DNA of 64,000 nt from Ignavibacteria bacterium (GCA_016873755.1 VGWB01000001.1:3387-67386); one strand, 5' to 3'; positions 24,853-34,786 are shown, counted from the first letter of the stretch. The notes: generated by a model from the letters alone, not told the origin. Numbers and translations are program-made.

Positions 24853-26613
24853 ATGCACCTGATCGACTGGATCATCGTTCTCTCCTATTTCGTGTTCAGC
24901 GCCGCCATCGGGATCTATTTCACAAAACGAGCCGGTAAGAATATCCATGAGTATTTTCTCTCCGGGCGTAACTTGCCGTGGTGGCTGGCAGGCACATCAA
25001 TGGTGGCAACGACCTTCGCTGCTGATACGCCTCTTGCAGTGACGGAGCTTGTTGCAAAGAACGGCATTGCCGGAAACTGGCTCTGGTGGAACTTCATCTT
25101 CGGCGGGATGCTGACGGTCTTCTTCTTTGCGAGGTTGTGGCGTCGTGCGGGCATTCTCACTGACGTCGAGTTCGTCGAGCTGCGTTACTCCGGGAAAGCC
25201 GCCGCGTTTCTGCGGGGATTTCGCTCCCTCTATCTGGGGATTTTCATCAACTGTGTGATCATGGGCTGGGTGAATCTCGCTATGGCCGCTATCTTGGAGG
25301 GTATGTTTGGCATTCCGCGCGAAAGCGTCATGACTTACATAGGACTCGCGTTGGCGATTACAGCGGCCTATTCCGCGCTCTCCGGCATGTGGGGAGTTGT
25401 GGTGACGGATGCATTCCAGTTTGTCCTCGCCATGGTGGGAACGATCGTGCTCGCTTTCGTGGTGCTTGCTTTGCCTCAGGTTGGAGGCGTATCAGGGCTT
25501 GTGGAAAAACTCCCCGAATGGTCATTGAAACTCACCCCCGTCATTGAGAGCCATGGAACGGCGCAGGCCTTCGGTGGAGCGCTCGCTCTTTCTGCAGCCG
25601 CTTTTCTTGCGTTTGTCGGCGTGCAGTGGTGGGCATCGTGGTATCCGGGCGCTGAGCCGGGAGGAGGGGGATATGTAGCCCAGCGGATGATGTCGGCAAA
25701 GGATGAGAAACACTCCCTCTTCGCAACGCTCTGGTTCACCATCGCTCACTACTGTATTCGCCCCTGGCCTTGGATCCTGGTCGGGCTCGCTACATTGGTG
25801 CTCTACCCGGAGCTTTCACCCGCCGACAAAAAGCTCGGCTATGTCTATGCAATGAGGGACTATCTGCCGATCGGACTGAAAGGCATGTTGGTGGCCTCGT
25901 TCTTTGCCGCATATATGTCGACCATCGCGACGCAACTAAACTGGGGGACCTCGTACGTCATCAACGATTTCTACAAACGGTTCGTCAAGCCTAACGCCGT
26001 AGAGAAACGCCTGGTGCTTATCGCTCGCGCAACGACGATCACGATGATGATCCTCTCGCTGGTAATCACCGGATGGTTGGAGACGATCTCGGGCGCGTGG
26101 GCATTCATCATCGAAGCCGGCGCCGGCCTCGGCCTTGTCCTGATCCTGCGATGGTTCTGGTGGAGGATCAATGCGTGGAGTGAGATCGCGGCGATCATCA
26201 CCCCGCTCGTCGCGTACGCCTACGTGAAGTATGCAACGACGGTGGAATTTCCTGAATCCCTCTTCTACATTGTGGCCGTCACGACATGTTCCTGGATGCT
26301 CGTCACCTTCCTGACGAAGCCCACAGATGGAGAGACGTTGAAGAACTTCTACCGCCGAGTCCACCCGGGAGGAATCGGGTGGAAGCCGATTGCCGAATTG
26401 GTACCCGAAGTCAAGCGAGACTCGGGATATGCCCGGGTCTTCCTGAATTGGGTCGCCGGCATCGTGTTGGTATACGCGATGTTGTTCGGTGTCGGAAAGT
26501 TGATCCTCGGTCAGCATCTCGAGGGAGTGATGTTTCTCTTCGTAGGATTCCTCGCAGCCGGCGTCATTTACCGGGATCTCTCAAAGCGTGGTTTCGAAAA
26601 GCTGATGGAATGA
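24853..26613 (+). CDS. Sodium:solute symporter family (SSS/SSF) transporter
   Basis: 586 aa with about 13 predicted transmembrane segments. The N-terminus 'DWIIVLSYFVFSAAIGIYFTKRAGKNIHEYFLSGRNLPWWLAGTSMVATTFAADTPLAVTELV' matches the SSF signature region. Confidence 0.85.
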   Translation: MHLIDWIIVLSYFVFSAAIGIYFTKRAGKNIHEYFLSGRNLPWWLAGTSMVATTFAADTPLAVTELVAKNGIAGNWLWWNFIFGGMLTVFFFARLWRRAGILTDVEFVELRYSGKAAAFLRGFRSLYLGIFINCVIMGWVNLAMAAILEGMFGIPRESVMTYIGLALAITAAYSALSGMWGVVVTDAFQFVLAMVGTIVLAFVVLALPQVGGVSGLVEKLPEWSLKLTPVIESHGTAQAFGGALALSAAAFLAFVGVQWWASWYPGAEPGGGGYVAQRMMSAKDEKHSLFATLWFTIAHYCIRPWPWILVGLATLVLYPELSPADKKLGYVYAMRDYLPIGLKGMLVASFFAAYMSTIATQLNWGTSYVINDFYKRFVKPNAVEKRLVLIARATTITMMILSLVITGWLETISGAWAFIIEAGAGLGLVLILRWFWWRINAWSEIAAIITPLVAYAYVKYATTVEFPESLFYIVAVTTCSWMLVTFLTKPTDGETLKNFYRRVHPGGIGWKPIAELVPEVKRDSGYARVFLNWVAGIVLVYAMLFGVGKLILGQHLEGVMFLFVGFLAAGVIYRDLSKRGFEKLME

Positions 26614-28400
26614 TCAGAGCTGGAAGAACGATCATGAGCACCCAAACCATATACTTCTTGGCTTTCTTCCTCCTCTCAATACTCTGCGTACTCCTCTTCT
26701 TTTGGCTCATCCCCCAATCAGCCGACACGGTTTATGTCAACGCTAGAATCTATACGATGGATCGGGCGAACACGGTGGCTGAGGCGATGGCGGTGCGCGG
26801 AGATCGGATTGTGAGTGTCGGCTCCACCAAGGATCTGCAGCGGCGATTCGAGAGCCAGCGCGTGGTAGACCTGGAAGGGAAAACCGTTCTCCCTGGTCTG
26901 ATTGATGCCCACGTTCATTTGCTTAGCTTCGGTGTGTCCAAATTGACGCTCAACGTTTCCGGTACGAAAAGCGAAGCTCAGATCGCAGACATGGTACGCG
27001 ACCGCGCAGCGACCAGCGATCGTGGACAATGGATCCGCGGGCGCGGCTGGGACCAGAACAGCTGGGCATCGAAACGCTTTCCAACAAGGGATCTGTTGGA
27101 TCGTGCGTCACCGGGGAATCCGGTCTACCTGATCCGCATCGACGGTCACGCCGCCTGGGCCAACTCGCTCGCGCTGACGATTGCAGGGATCACGATTGAC
27201 ACGCCCGACCCTCCGGGAGGGAAAATCGTAAGGGATGCGCGCGGCAGCCCGACGGGAATTCTTATTGACAATGCAATGGATCTGGTTGGTGAGTTCCTCC
27301 CTCCCCCCTCTGACAACGAGCTCAAGGAAGCCGTACGGCTTGCCATCCGGGATTTCCTGATGTGCGGCATCACGTGTGTGCATGATATGGGGATCGAGGC
27401 CCGAGAGATCGAGTTGTACAAGCAGCTCATCGACGCCGATGAATTCCCGTTCCGCGTCTATGCTGCGATCGAGAGCGCCAGCCCGACGTGGTCCTTGTAC
27501 AACGGTAGTGATTCAGCCGGGAAGAAGAGAGCACCGTTCGTGGGCTACGGCGGCAACAAGTTGTGGGTGAGGGCGGTGAAGGTATACGTCGACGGCGCAC
27601 TGGGATCCCGCGGCGCAGCCTTGCTCGAGCCGTATTCCGACGATCCGATGAATCGCGGACTAACGGTGACGACTGAAGATGCTTTGCGGAGCGTCGTGGA
27701 TGATGCTCTTGCCAACGGCTTTCAGGTGTGCACACACGCCATTGGAGACCGGGCCAACAACATCATACTGAACGTTTATGAAAACGCACTCAAGGCTCGA
27801 TCCGTGCCTAACCATCGGTTTAGGCTTGAGCATGCTCAGGTGCTCGCCCCGAGCGATATCCCGCGTCTGAAGAAGCTCGGTGTCATCCCCAGCATGCAGC
27901 CGACACACTGCACTTCTGACATGTATTGGGCAGAAGCCCGGCTGGGTCACAGCCGGATTCTTGGAGCATATGCCTGGCGTTCCTTGCTTGATACCGGTGT
28001 CATCATTCCAGGAGGTTCGGATTGCCCCGTCGAGAATCCGAATCCTCTCTTCGGAATCTATGCGGCGATCACGCGCCGGGACTGGCTCGGTAGACCGAAA
28101 GATGCTCGTGACATTGCTGAATTCTTCCAACTTTCGGAAAGGGGTATTGTCGATCCTATAGCGTTTGACGGCGGTTGGTACGCGTCGCAACGGATGAAAC
28201 GTGACGAGGCACTGCGCGCGTTCACGACGTGGGCTGCATACGCTGGTTTTCAGGAATCCGTCCTTGGATCGCTGGAGCGAGGGAAATTGGCAGATTTTAT
28301 TGTCCTCTCCAGAGACATCACTGCAATTGATCCCATGGACATTCTCACAACAGTGGTGGAGCAAACGTTTGTCGGTGGGGAAGTCGTATACTCGAGGTAG
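26610..28400 (+). CDS. Membrane-anchored metal-dependent amidohydrolase (amidohydrolase-3 type)
   Basis: Its start overlaps the SSS stop (ATGA); a second in-frame ATG lies at 26634. The N-terminal transmembrane anchor is 'YFLAFFLLSILCVLLFFWLI'. The metal-binding 'LPGLIDAHVHLL' (HxH) is present. The C-terminal 'GGSD', as in '...IPGGSDCPVENPNP', is typical of the amidohydrolase superfamily. Confidence 0.75.
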   Translation: MIRAGRTIMSTQTIYFLAFFLLSILCVLLFFWLIPQSADTVYVNARIYTMDRANTVAEAMAVRGDRIVSVGSTKDLQRRFESQRVVDLEGKTVLPGLIDAHVHLLSFGVSKLTLNVSGTKSEAQIADMVRDRAATSDRGQWIRGRGWDQNSWASKRFPTRDLLDRASPGNPVYLIRIDGHAAWANSLALTIAGITIDTPDPPGGKIVRDARGSPTGILIDNAMDLVGEFLPPPSDNELKEAVRLAIRDFLMCGITCVHDMGIEAREIELYKQLIDADEFPFRVYAAIESASPTWSLYNGSDSAGKKRAPFVGYGGNKLWVRAVKVYVDGALGSRGAALLEPYSDDPMNRGLTVTTEDALRSVVDDALANGFQVCTHAIGDRANNIILNVYENALKARSVPNHRFRLEHAQVLAPSDIPRLKKLGVIPSMQPTHCTSDMYWAEARLGHSRILGAYAWRSLLDTGVIIPGGSDCPVENPNPLFGIYAAITRRDWLGRPKDARDIAEFFQLSERGIVDPIAFDGGWYASQRMKRDEALRAFTTWAAYAGFQESVLGSLERGKLADFIVLSRDITAIDPMDILTTVVEQTFVGGEVVYSR

Positions 28401-28514
28401 AGGACGACGGTCCGTCGTGTGATCAGGGTCAAGAGCGAGGCTGTTGTTTTTGCCCCGAAAAGTTAGTATGTTTTTGCCGAATCGCCAGAGCTAGGCAGAA
28501 GGAAGAGAGAATCA

Positions 28515-28922
28515 ATGCCGTACAGGGTTCTCATTGCAGATGATGATGAAGGCCAGCGGAAATCCCACGGCTTTGCGCTCGAGGTTTGCACTGCAATTCT
28601 CGAGGACGAGATCGAGATCGTGGAAACGGCGACAAGTGTCGAGACCTGGGAGAAGATTAAGTCTGAATTATTCAGCCTCATCATCCTTGACAACGACTTC
28701 AAGGATATGCACTTGAAAGGCCATCTTCCCGGGATTGCGCTGCTGCAACTCGCGCGGCGGGAGGGAATGAATCGCTCTACGCCCACGTTCTTCTGCAGTG
28801 CGGATGCATACGATACCTTGAAGGCAATGGTGGAGAAGTTCGGCGGTATTTATATGTCCAAAGTTGGATACGATATTGAGAAATCTGCTCAGTTGTTTGC
28901 GGAGAAGATGAAGAAGCGCTGA
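28515..28922 (+). CDS. Stand-alone response-regulator receiver domain protein (CheY-like)
   Basis: 135 aa with receiver-fold features: 'VLIADDDE', the phospho-acceptor Asp context 'LIILDNDFKDMHL', and the conserved Lys near 'YMSKVGY'. Confidence 0.75.
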   Translation: MPYRVLIADDDEGQRKSHGFALEVCTAILEDEIEIVETATSVETWEKIKSELFSLIILDNDFKDMHLKGHLPGIALLQLARREGMNRSTPTFFCSADAYDTLKAMVEKFGGIYMSKVGYDIEKSAQLFAEKMKKR

Positions 28923-28950
28923 AGCAAGTTGCGGTACGTCAGTGTGTTTG

Positions 28951-28979
28951 AAGGGGCTCTCATAAGGAGCCCCTTTTTC
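28951..28979 (+). terminator. Rho-independent terminator after the response-regulator gene
   Basis: GC stem 'AAGGGGCTC ... GAGCCCCTT' followed by a T5 run. Confidence 0.6.
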
Positions 28980-29068
28980 ATGACAGTGAAATGCAGCGGC
29001 TTGCGCTTTGGTGCAAATAGTCATACATTTTTCCCAGAGCATCATCTACGCTTGCACCTGGAGGTCCC

Positions 29069-29719
29069 GTGTACGAACGATGTCTGAACGAAGCTGAGCG
29101 AATCCTCGCCTCCGAGAAGGACGTCATCGTCCCCGTAAAGAAGATCTGGAAAGAAGTTGAGCGGCAGGGCAAGAACCAGGGATTCGAAATACCGTCGTTG
29201 GCGGACTTCACTGCGCTGCTGGAGGGGGACAGGCGATTTGAGTTCATGCCGTCCCATACCGAGGATGGTGAGCCGTTCGACGACGTCCCGACGGACGAGT
29301 TGGGGGAAGAGCCCGAGCTCGAAAGCCTGGGATTCTACTCGGGCGATCGTGTGAAACTGAAGAACGTCGAATTGACCCCGGAGGTCATCGGCGGACTGAT
29401 CCGAAGAAAAGTCGACATGACGATGGACGCGCTGACGAAAGCATGGGAACAGCGACCGGGTGGGGACCAGGAGACCGAGGACCAATTGCTGGATATCCTT
29501 GCTCGCACTCAGAAACTCCAGCGCGAAGTGAAGAGGACCTTTTCGGAAGAGAAGATGAAGCAGTTGAGTCTGGCGCTGAAGCGGTCGAAGAAACGTGCCG
29601 GCACTTCGAATAAGGCCAAGCCGAAACGTCAGGCCAAACGGAGACGACCCACCGCAAAGAAGCACCGGACGAAGAAATCCCCGACCGTTTCCCGACGCAA
29701 GCGAGGCCCACGGAAGTAA
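29069..29719 (+). CDS. Hypothetical protein with an acidic N-terminal region and an extremely basic Lys/Arg-rich C-terminal tail
   Basis: GTG start. The last ~45 aa read 'KRSKKRAGTSNKAKPKRQAKRRRPTAKKHRTKKSPTVSRRKRGPRK'. No recognised domain. Its stop overlaps the prmC start. Confidence 0.45.
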   Translation: MYERCLNEAERILASEKDVIVPVKKIWKEVERQGKNQGFEIPSLADFTALLEGDRRFEFMPSHTEDGEPFDDVPTDELGEEPELESLGFYSGDRVKLKNVELTPEVIGGLIRRKVDMTMDALTKAWEQRPGGDQETEDQLLDILARTQKLQREVKRTFSEEKMKQLSLALKRSKKRAGTSNKAKPKRQAKRRRPTAKKHRTKKSPTVSRRKRGPRK

Positions 29720-30636
29720 TGCTCCGGCAGAAGACTCGAGTCTGGTCCGTCCGCGAACTTATGAAGTTCGCGATCGATCACCTGCGTCGCAAAGGCATTG
29801 CCGAAGCGAGGCTGAACGTCGAGCTCCTGCTCTCCCACGCACTCGGCTGCCAGCGCATTGAGCTCTACACGAACTTCGACAAACCTCTCTCGAACAGGGA
29901 GATGAGAGCTTTTCGGTCTCTGTACGAGCGCAGACTGAACCGCGAACCCGTGCAGTACATCGTCGGCAGGACAGCCTTTATGGGACTTCAGCTCAGCGTC
30001 GATCCCAGGGTTCTCATTCCCCGGCCGGAAACTGAGACGCTGGTGGAGCAGACAATGCTCGTTTGCGGCAGGTTGCCCCACGAGTCCTCGGCTGAAATAC
30101 TGGAAATCGGCACGGGAAGCGGCAATATCGCCGTGGCACTGGCAAAGTTCGTTCGCAATGCCCGCATCACGGCCATCGATGTCAGTGATGCGGCTTTAGA
30201 GGTTGCCGGCCAAAACGCTGCACTGCACCACGTCGAGGCGAACATTTCCTACCAGCATATGGACGTTTTCGAGCCGGTGGATCAACTGATCCTGCGCAGG
30301 TTTGATATTGTCGTCTCGAACCCACCGTATGTCCCCCCGGCCGAATGGGATACCCTCCAGCAGGAGATTAGGAAATTCGAGCCGCGGACTGCACTGACCG
30401 ACACGGAAGACGGTTACGGATTCCTGAGGAGGATTATTGAGCTGGCACCCTATCTCGTGCGCGACAGAGGGGTGATTCTGGTCGAGGTCGGGCACGGACA
30501 GGCGGAGCGAGTCAAGGACCTGATGGAGCGGGCGGAATTCTTTGGGATTTCCGTCGTTCCTGACCTCGAGAGTATCCCCCGTGTCGTTCTGGGATCGTGT
30601 CGCTCGAAGACTCGCAATCCAGGCTTCGTCAACTAA
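29719..30636 (+). CDS. prmC: Release factor glutamine N5-methyltransferase (HemK/PrmC)
   Basis: The SAM-binding motif 'ILEIGTGSGNIAVALA' and the catalytic 'VVSNPPYV' (NPPY) are present. Confidence 0.85.
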   Translation: MLRQKTRVWSVRELMKFAIDHLRRKGIAEARLNVELLLSHALGCQRIELYTNFDKPLSNREMRAFRSLYERRLNREPVQYIVGRTAFMGLQLSVDPRVLIPRPETETLVEQTMLVCGRLPHESSAEILEIGTGSGNIAVALAKFVRNARITAIDVSDAALEVAGQNAALHHVEANISYQHMDVFEPVDQLILRRFDIVVSNPPYVPPAEWDTLQQEIRKFEPRTALTDTEDGYGFLRRIIELAPYLVRDRGVILVEVGHGQAERVKDLMERAEFFGISVVPDLESIPRVVLGSCRSKTRNPGFVN

Positions 30637-30666
30637 CCCGTTTGGCGCCTTCGTGCGTTCATCCGT

Positions 30667-31128
30667 ATGCGAGCACTCATCCAACGAGTACGCCGTTGTT
30701 CGGTTAACATCGACGGAAGAGTTCACAGTTCGATCGGCCCGGGATTGCTCATTCTCCTCGGAGTGAAGAACTCCGACACGGAGGCAGATGCGAAATACCT
30801 TGCTGACCGCTGCGGCGCACTTCGCATCTTCGACGATCCTGAAGGGAAGATGAATCTCTCTGTAAAGGATGTCGGAGGAGAGGCGTTGGTCGTCTCCCAG
30901 TTTACGCTCTATGCTGATACGCGCAAGGGAAATCGACCGAGCTACAGCGATGCGGCCACGCCAGCCGAGGCCGAACGATTGTACGAACTCTTCGTCCGTC
31001 GCCTGAAGGAGACACTCGGCGGCGCGAAGATCGCGACCGGAGTGTTTCGCGCGATGATGGATGTTGAGCTGGTGAACGACGGGCCAGTGACAGTCCAGAT
31101 TGAGAGCAAGAACCTCTCGTCAACCTGA
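30667..31128 (+). CDS. dtd: D-aminoacyl-tRNA deacylase
   Basis: 153 aa. '[10 protein letters not shown]', 'GLLILLGV' and 'SQFTLYAD' are characteristic Dtd motifs. Confidence 0.85.
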   Translation: MRALIQRVRRCSVNIDGRVHSSIGPGLLILLGVKNSDTEADAKYLADRCGALRIFDDPEGKMNLSVKDVGGEALVVSQFTLYADTRKGNRPSYSDAATPAEAERLYELFVRRLKETLGGAKIATGVFRAMMDVELVNDGPVTVQIESKNLSST

Positions 31129-31150
31129 ATCTTCTTTTGCTACCCGCTCT

Positions 31151-32077
31151 GTGCGTGTCATTTTCCTTTTCCTTGACGGCGTTGGCATCGGCAAGGCGAA
31201 CGCGGATATCAATCCGATGTTCCGGGCAAACCTTCCGCATCTGCGATCGCTTCTGGGTGGACAGCTACCGCACACCCGGCTGAAGCGGATCTCGACCAGA
31301 TATGCCAATCTCGTGCCCCTGAGTGCAACACTCGGCGTGCCTGGACTCCCCCAGAGCGGTACCGGTCAAGCGACCCTCTTCACCGGCGTGAATGCCGCAA
31401 AACTGATTGGTCAACACTTCGGCCCGTATTCGCCGACGACGCTGCGCTCGCTCGTCGAAGAGAAGAACATCTTTCGCCATCTGATGTCCGGCGGCCATTC
31501 GGTCTGCTTCGCCAACGCTTTTCCCAAGCAGTTCTTCGATTATGTCCATTCCGGTACCCGTCGGCTCACCGTGACGACGCTCTCCTGCAGGTTTGCAGGT
31601 GTGCCGTTGATGGAGGCCGCCTCGCTCCACAAGAATGAGGCTCTCTCCGCGGACATCACACGCATGCGGTGGCCGTCGCTGGGATACCCGGATTTGACGA
31701 TCATCTCACCCGCCGAGGCTGGAAGGCATCTGTGGGACATCACCAGCCGCCACCGGTTCACGTTGTTCGAATACTGGCTGACCGACCACGCCGGTCATGC
31801 GCAAGACATGGCAAAGGCCGTCGAAGTGTTGGAGTTCTTTGATGCAATGCTCGGAGGGCTGCTCGAACGCTTCGATCCCGCGGGATCGCTCCTTGTCCTC
31901 ACGAGTGATCATGGGAACGTGGAAGATCTCTCGACCAAATCGCATACCCGAAACCAAGTCCCTTGCCTGGTTCTTGGGAAGCGACGTAAGGAATTCTTGG
32001 CCGGAATCCGGAACCTCACACACATCACACCGGCTATCCTGAGATTCTTGGGACGCGATGATACAAAGCGATCTTAG
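31151..32077 (+). CDS. Metalloenzyme-superfamily protein (alkaline-phosphatase-like / cofactor-independent phosphoglycerate-mutase-like)
   Basis: 'IFLFLDGVGIG' and 'LTSDHGN' are metal-binding signatures of the alkaline-phosphatase-like fold. GTG starts at 31151 or 31157 are favoured over the ATG at 31100, which overlaps dtd by 29 nt. Confidence 0.55.
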   Translation: MRVIFLFLDGVGIGKANADINPMFRANLPHLRSLLGGQLPHTRLKRISTRYANLVPLSATLGVPGLPQSGTGQATLFTGVNAAKLIGQHFGPYSPTTLRSLVEEKNIFRHLMSGGHSVCFANAFPKQFFDYVHSGTRRLTVTTLSCRFAGVPLMEAASLHKNEALSADITRMRWPSLGYPDLTIISPAEAGRHLWDITSRHRFTLFEYWLTDHAGHAQDMAKAVEVLEFFDAMLGGLLERFDPAGSLLVLTSDHGNVEDLSTKSHTRNQVPCLVLGKRRKEFLAGIRNLTHITPAILRFLGRDDTKRS

Positions 32078-34463
32078 CCGAAGACCGGCCGTACGCTTGG
32101 CCCTTCTGTACATAGCTGGAATTCTGGCGGCGAACCAGCTGGCTCTGCCGCTGTGGATCTCGTACGCAATCGTTTTCTTTCTTGCCATTCTCACGACTTT
32201 GGGTTGGCTTCGTTCTCCACGTTCCCTTCTTGTCGCCCTTGGCTTTCACGCGATCGTCCTGGTGTGCGGGTTCCATCTAGCCGCGCTGCAAAGCCACAAG
32301 GTCCAGGAAGAGATCCTGATGCCTCGGGGTACCGACGAATCCGTGCGCATTGCCGGAGTCGTGGAATCACAGCCGATAGAAAAGCAAACGCGGACGGAAC
32401 TGCTCGTCAGGTCGACGACCATCACACGATATGACACCACGTTCAGGCTCGCGCGGCGAGTCCTCGTAGTTGTCAGGAAAGCGGCACGGCAAGCCATGCC
32501 TCGTGACCTTACTGTTGGGGCAAATCTCAGTGTCTCCGGGACGCTTGAGCACCTGCCGGGCCCTCGGAATCCGGGGGAGTTCAACTATGGGCGCTACCTC
32601 GCCCTCAACGGCGTGCAAGGGCTTGTGATTGTCCGTGACACGGCCGGCATCACACTGGCAGATGGCCCGGGCAGTATGTCCGTTCAAACCATCTTCGGGC
32701 GGGCTCAAAAGGAGATCTACGGCACGCTTGATCGATTCCACCCTCCCGAGGAGGCGAGCTTCCTCAAGGGGATTGTCTTCGGCTACCGGGCGGATATTTC
32801 GCTGGACATCAAGCAGTCGTTTGTTGACACCGGGACCATCCACATTCTCGCCGTTTCCGGGTCGAACGTGCTGGTCGTGGCCCTGATCATGTATTCCCTG
32901 GCAAGCCTGTTGCGCCTCCCGCGGCGCTGGGTCACGGCCGTCACGATTCTCGGGCTGCTCTTCTATATGGTGATCACAGGTCTGAGCCCTTCGGTTATCC
33001 GCGCGACGATCATGGCAGCCGCAATTCTCATAGGGACTCTCTTCGAACGTAGAATCGATGTCTATAACTCTCTGGCTGCGGCGGCGCTGGTGATGCTTCT
33101 CTGGGACCCTCTCTACCTGCTCGATGTCGGATTTCAGCTTTCGTTCGCTGCAGTGCTTTCGATCGTCTATTTCTATCCGAAACTTGAATCCCTGATTCAC
33201 AAGATCCCGGAGCGATTTGAAGAGATCAAGGGGGTCGATTATGTCCTGAAGCTTTTCGCCGTCTCGCTCGCTGCCCAGCTTGGCACGCTACCCTTCACAG
33301 CGTACTACTTCGGCCGTATCTCACTGGTGGGGATTCTGGCCAATCTGGTCGTTGTGCCCATCAGCGGCATCAACGTTTTGCTAGGCTTCACAACGCTGGC
33401 CTCCTCATTCGTGTCGACATGGGTTGCGCAGACGTACGCCGCTCTTAACGGCGCCCTCGTGTCGTTTCTCCTAGGCTTCGTCTCTGCGGCTGCAAAAGCG
33501 CCTCTTGCGTACATTCAGATGGAGACAATTTCGGCAAGCGCTCCGGTCTTCTATTATCTTTGCATCGGCGCTGTTTTCAACATTCACAACCGGCGGGCAC
33601 TTGGCAAGTTCGTGATCGCCCTGCTGGTTGTCCTTAACGCTGTTCTGTATGCCGACCTTGTCAAGCCGCGCCAGCCGGCACTGACGCTCACTGTCATCGA
33701 TGTGGGTCAGGGTGATGCCTTGCTCCTGGAGTTCCCCGGCGGAAAACGTGTTCTGATCGATGCCGGGCCCAGGACGTTCAACTATGATGCCGGCGAGCGG
33801 ATCGTTGCCCCGTTCCTGAGGCGCAAGGGTATCGGAACGCTCGATGCACTTGTTGTATCCCACGCACACAGCGACCACATCGGTGGTGCCCTCTACCTGC
33901 TGGAGAACTTTCACGTTGCCAGGCTCATCGAGCCGAACGCATCCGGGTCGTCAGCGCTCTATCGCGAGATGAGCGAGGTGGCGAGGCGCCGCGGTGTGGC
34001 AGTCCACCGGATGTCCGCAGGCGACACACTGGCGATCGATCCGGCCACCCGTGTGTACGTGTTGCACCCTCGTTCAGTAGCTGAGAGCTCACGCAATCTC
34101 AATAACACGTCGTTGGTGTTGAAAGTGCTGTACGGGAGAACATCACTCCTCCTTCCGGGCGATGCCGAGACGGATGTTGAAGAAAAAGTTGTCCAGCGAT
34201 ATGGTCCTCTTGTCCCGAGCACAATCTTGAAGGCAGGGCACCACGGCAGCAACACCAGTTCCGGCGAACAGTTTCTACAGCAAGTCCGCCCGGTCCTCGC
34301 ATTGGTCTCTGTGGGACGCAACAACAAGTTCGGACATCCATCCGCGCAGGTGCTCGAGAGGTATCGGAGTTTGGGGATACAGGTCGAGCGGACTGATCTT
34401 GTCGGCGCGCTGGTTCTCGGCAGCGATGGGGAGAATGTCAGGATGATGGATTGGAGGGAGTGA
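32058..34463 (+). CDS. comEC: DNA internalisation competence protein ComEC/Rec2, with a C-terminal metallo-beta-lactamase domain
   Basis: A polytopic membrane N-terminal half; the competence-domain motif 'ILAVSGSNVLVV'; the C-terminal MBL motifs 'LTVIDVGQGDALLLEF' and 'VVSHAHSDHIGG'. Confidence 0.85.
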   Translation: MIQSDLSRRPAVRLALLYIAGILAANQLALPLWISYAIVFFLAILTTLGWLRSPRSLLVALGFHAIVLVCGFHLAALQSHKVQEEILMPRGTDESVRIAGVVESQPIEKQTRTELLVRSTTITRYDTTFRLARRVLVVVRKAARQAMPRDLTVGANLSVSGTLEHLPGPRNPGEFNYGRYLALNGVQGLVIVRDTAGITLADGPGSMSVQTIFGRAQKEIYGTLDRFHPPEEASFLKGIVFGYRADISLDIKQSFVDTGTIHILAVSGSNVLVVALIMYSLASLLRLPRRWVTAVTILGLLFYMVITGLSPSVIRATIMAAAILIGTLFERRIDVYNSLAAAALVMLLWDPLYLLDVGFQLSFAAVLSIVYFYPKLESLIHKIPERFEEIKGVDYVLKLFAVSLAAQLGTLPFTAYYFGRISLVGILANLVVVPISGINVLLGFTTLASSFVSTWVAQTYAALNGALVSFLLGFVSAAAKAPLAYIQMETISASAPVFYYLCIGAVFNIHNRRALGKFVIALLVVLNAVLYADLVKPRQPALTLTVIDVGQGDALLLEFPGGKRVLIDAGPRTFNYDAGERIVAPFLRRKGIGTLDALVVSHAHSDHIGGALYLLENFHVARLIEPNASGSSALYREMSEVARRRGVAVHRMSAGDTLAIDPATRVYVLHPRSVAESSRNLNNTSLVLKVLYGRTSLLLPGDAETDVEEKVVQRYGPLVPSTILKAGHHGSNTSSGEQFLQQVRPVLALVSVGRNNKFGHPSAQVLERYRSLGIQVERTDLVGALVLGSDGENVRMMDWRE

Positions 34464-34724
34464 GGTCCGGCGAATACCATGAGGGCACAACTCGACCATA
34501 TCAAGCTCGGGCGGGAGGAGTTCTTCCAAGAGATGCAGAGTATCAAGTATCAGGCCGGCAGTGGGCAATCGCTTGCACCTCGCACATCGACGGTCTACGA
34601 CGGTTCTCCGGACCTAGGGGCCCCGCATTTGTTGATCTCGCCTCTTGGCGGACCCCAGGTATGAGGGCCGAAAGCTGAGCGCTGAACAGTTTATCCGACA
34701 ACTTGCCTATCCGACATTGACATT

Positions 34725-34767
34725 TGATTTGCACTCTGTTGATCTACTGATTTGCACTCTGTTGATC
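34725..34767 (+). promoter_or_regulatory. Two perfect 20-bp direct repeats (TGATTTGCACTCTGTTGATC) separated by 3 bp, 20 bp upstream of the mutase start; a probable operator
   Basis: Repeat 1 is at 34725-34744 and repeat 2 at 34748-34767. A TTGACA hexamer at 34717-34722 sits immediately upstream, and a second 9-bp repeat 'TATCCGACA' occurs twice at 34691-34716. Confidence 0.5.
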
Positions 34768-34786
34768 CACGTTTGAGGATACCGTT

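Noticed and set aside
28401-28514. Hairpin 'ACGACGG-T-CCGTCGT' after the amidohydrolase gene as a terminator
   Set aside because: The loop is too small and no T-run follows. It is probably just a palindrome.
34464-34786. Possible cobalamin riboswitch upstream of the B12-enzyme-like mutase gene
   Set aside because: No B12 box (GCCACTG) is present in the sense orientation. The only near match, CCCACTGCC, lies on the opposite strand. The interval is better explained by operator-like direct repeats.
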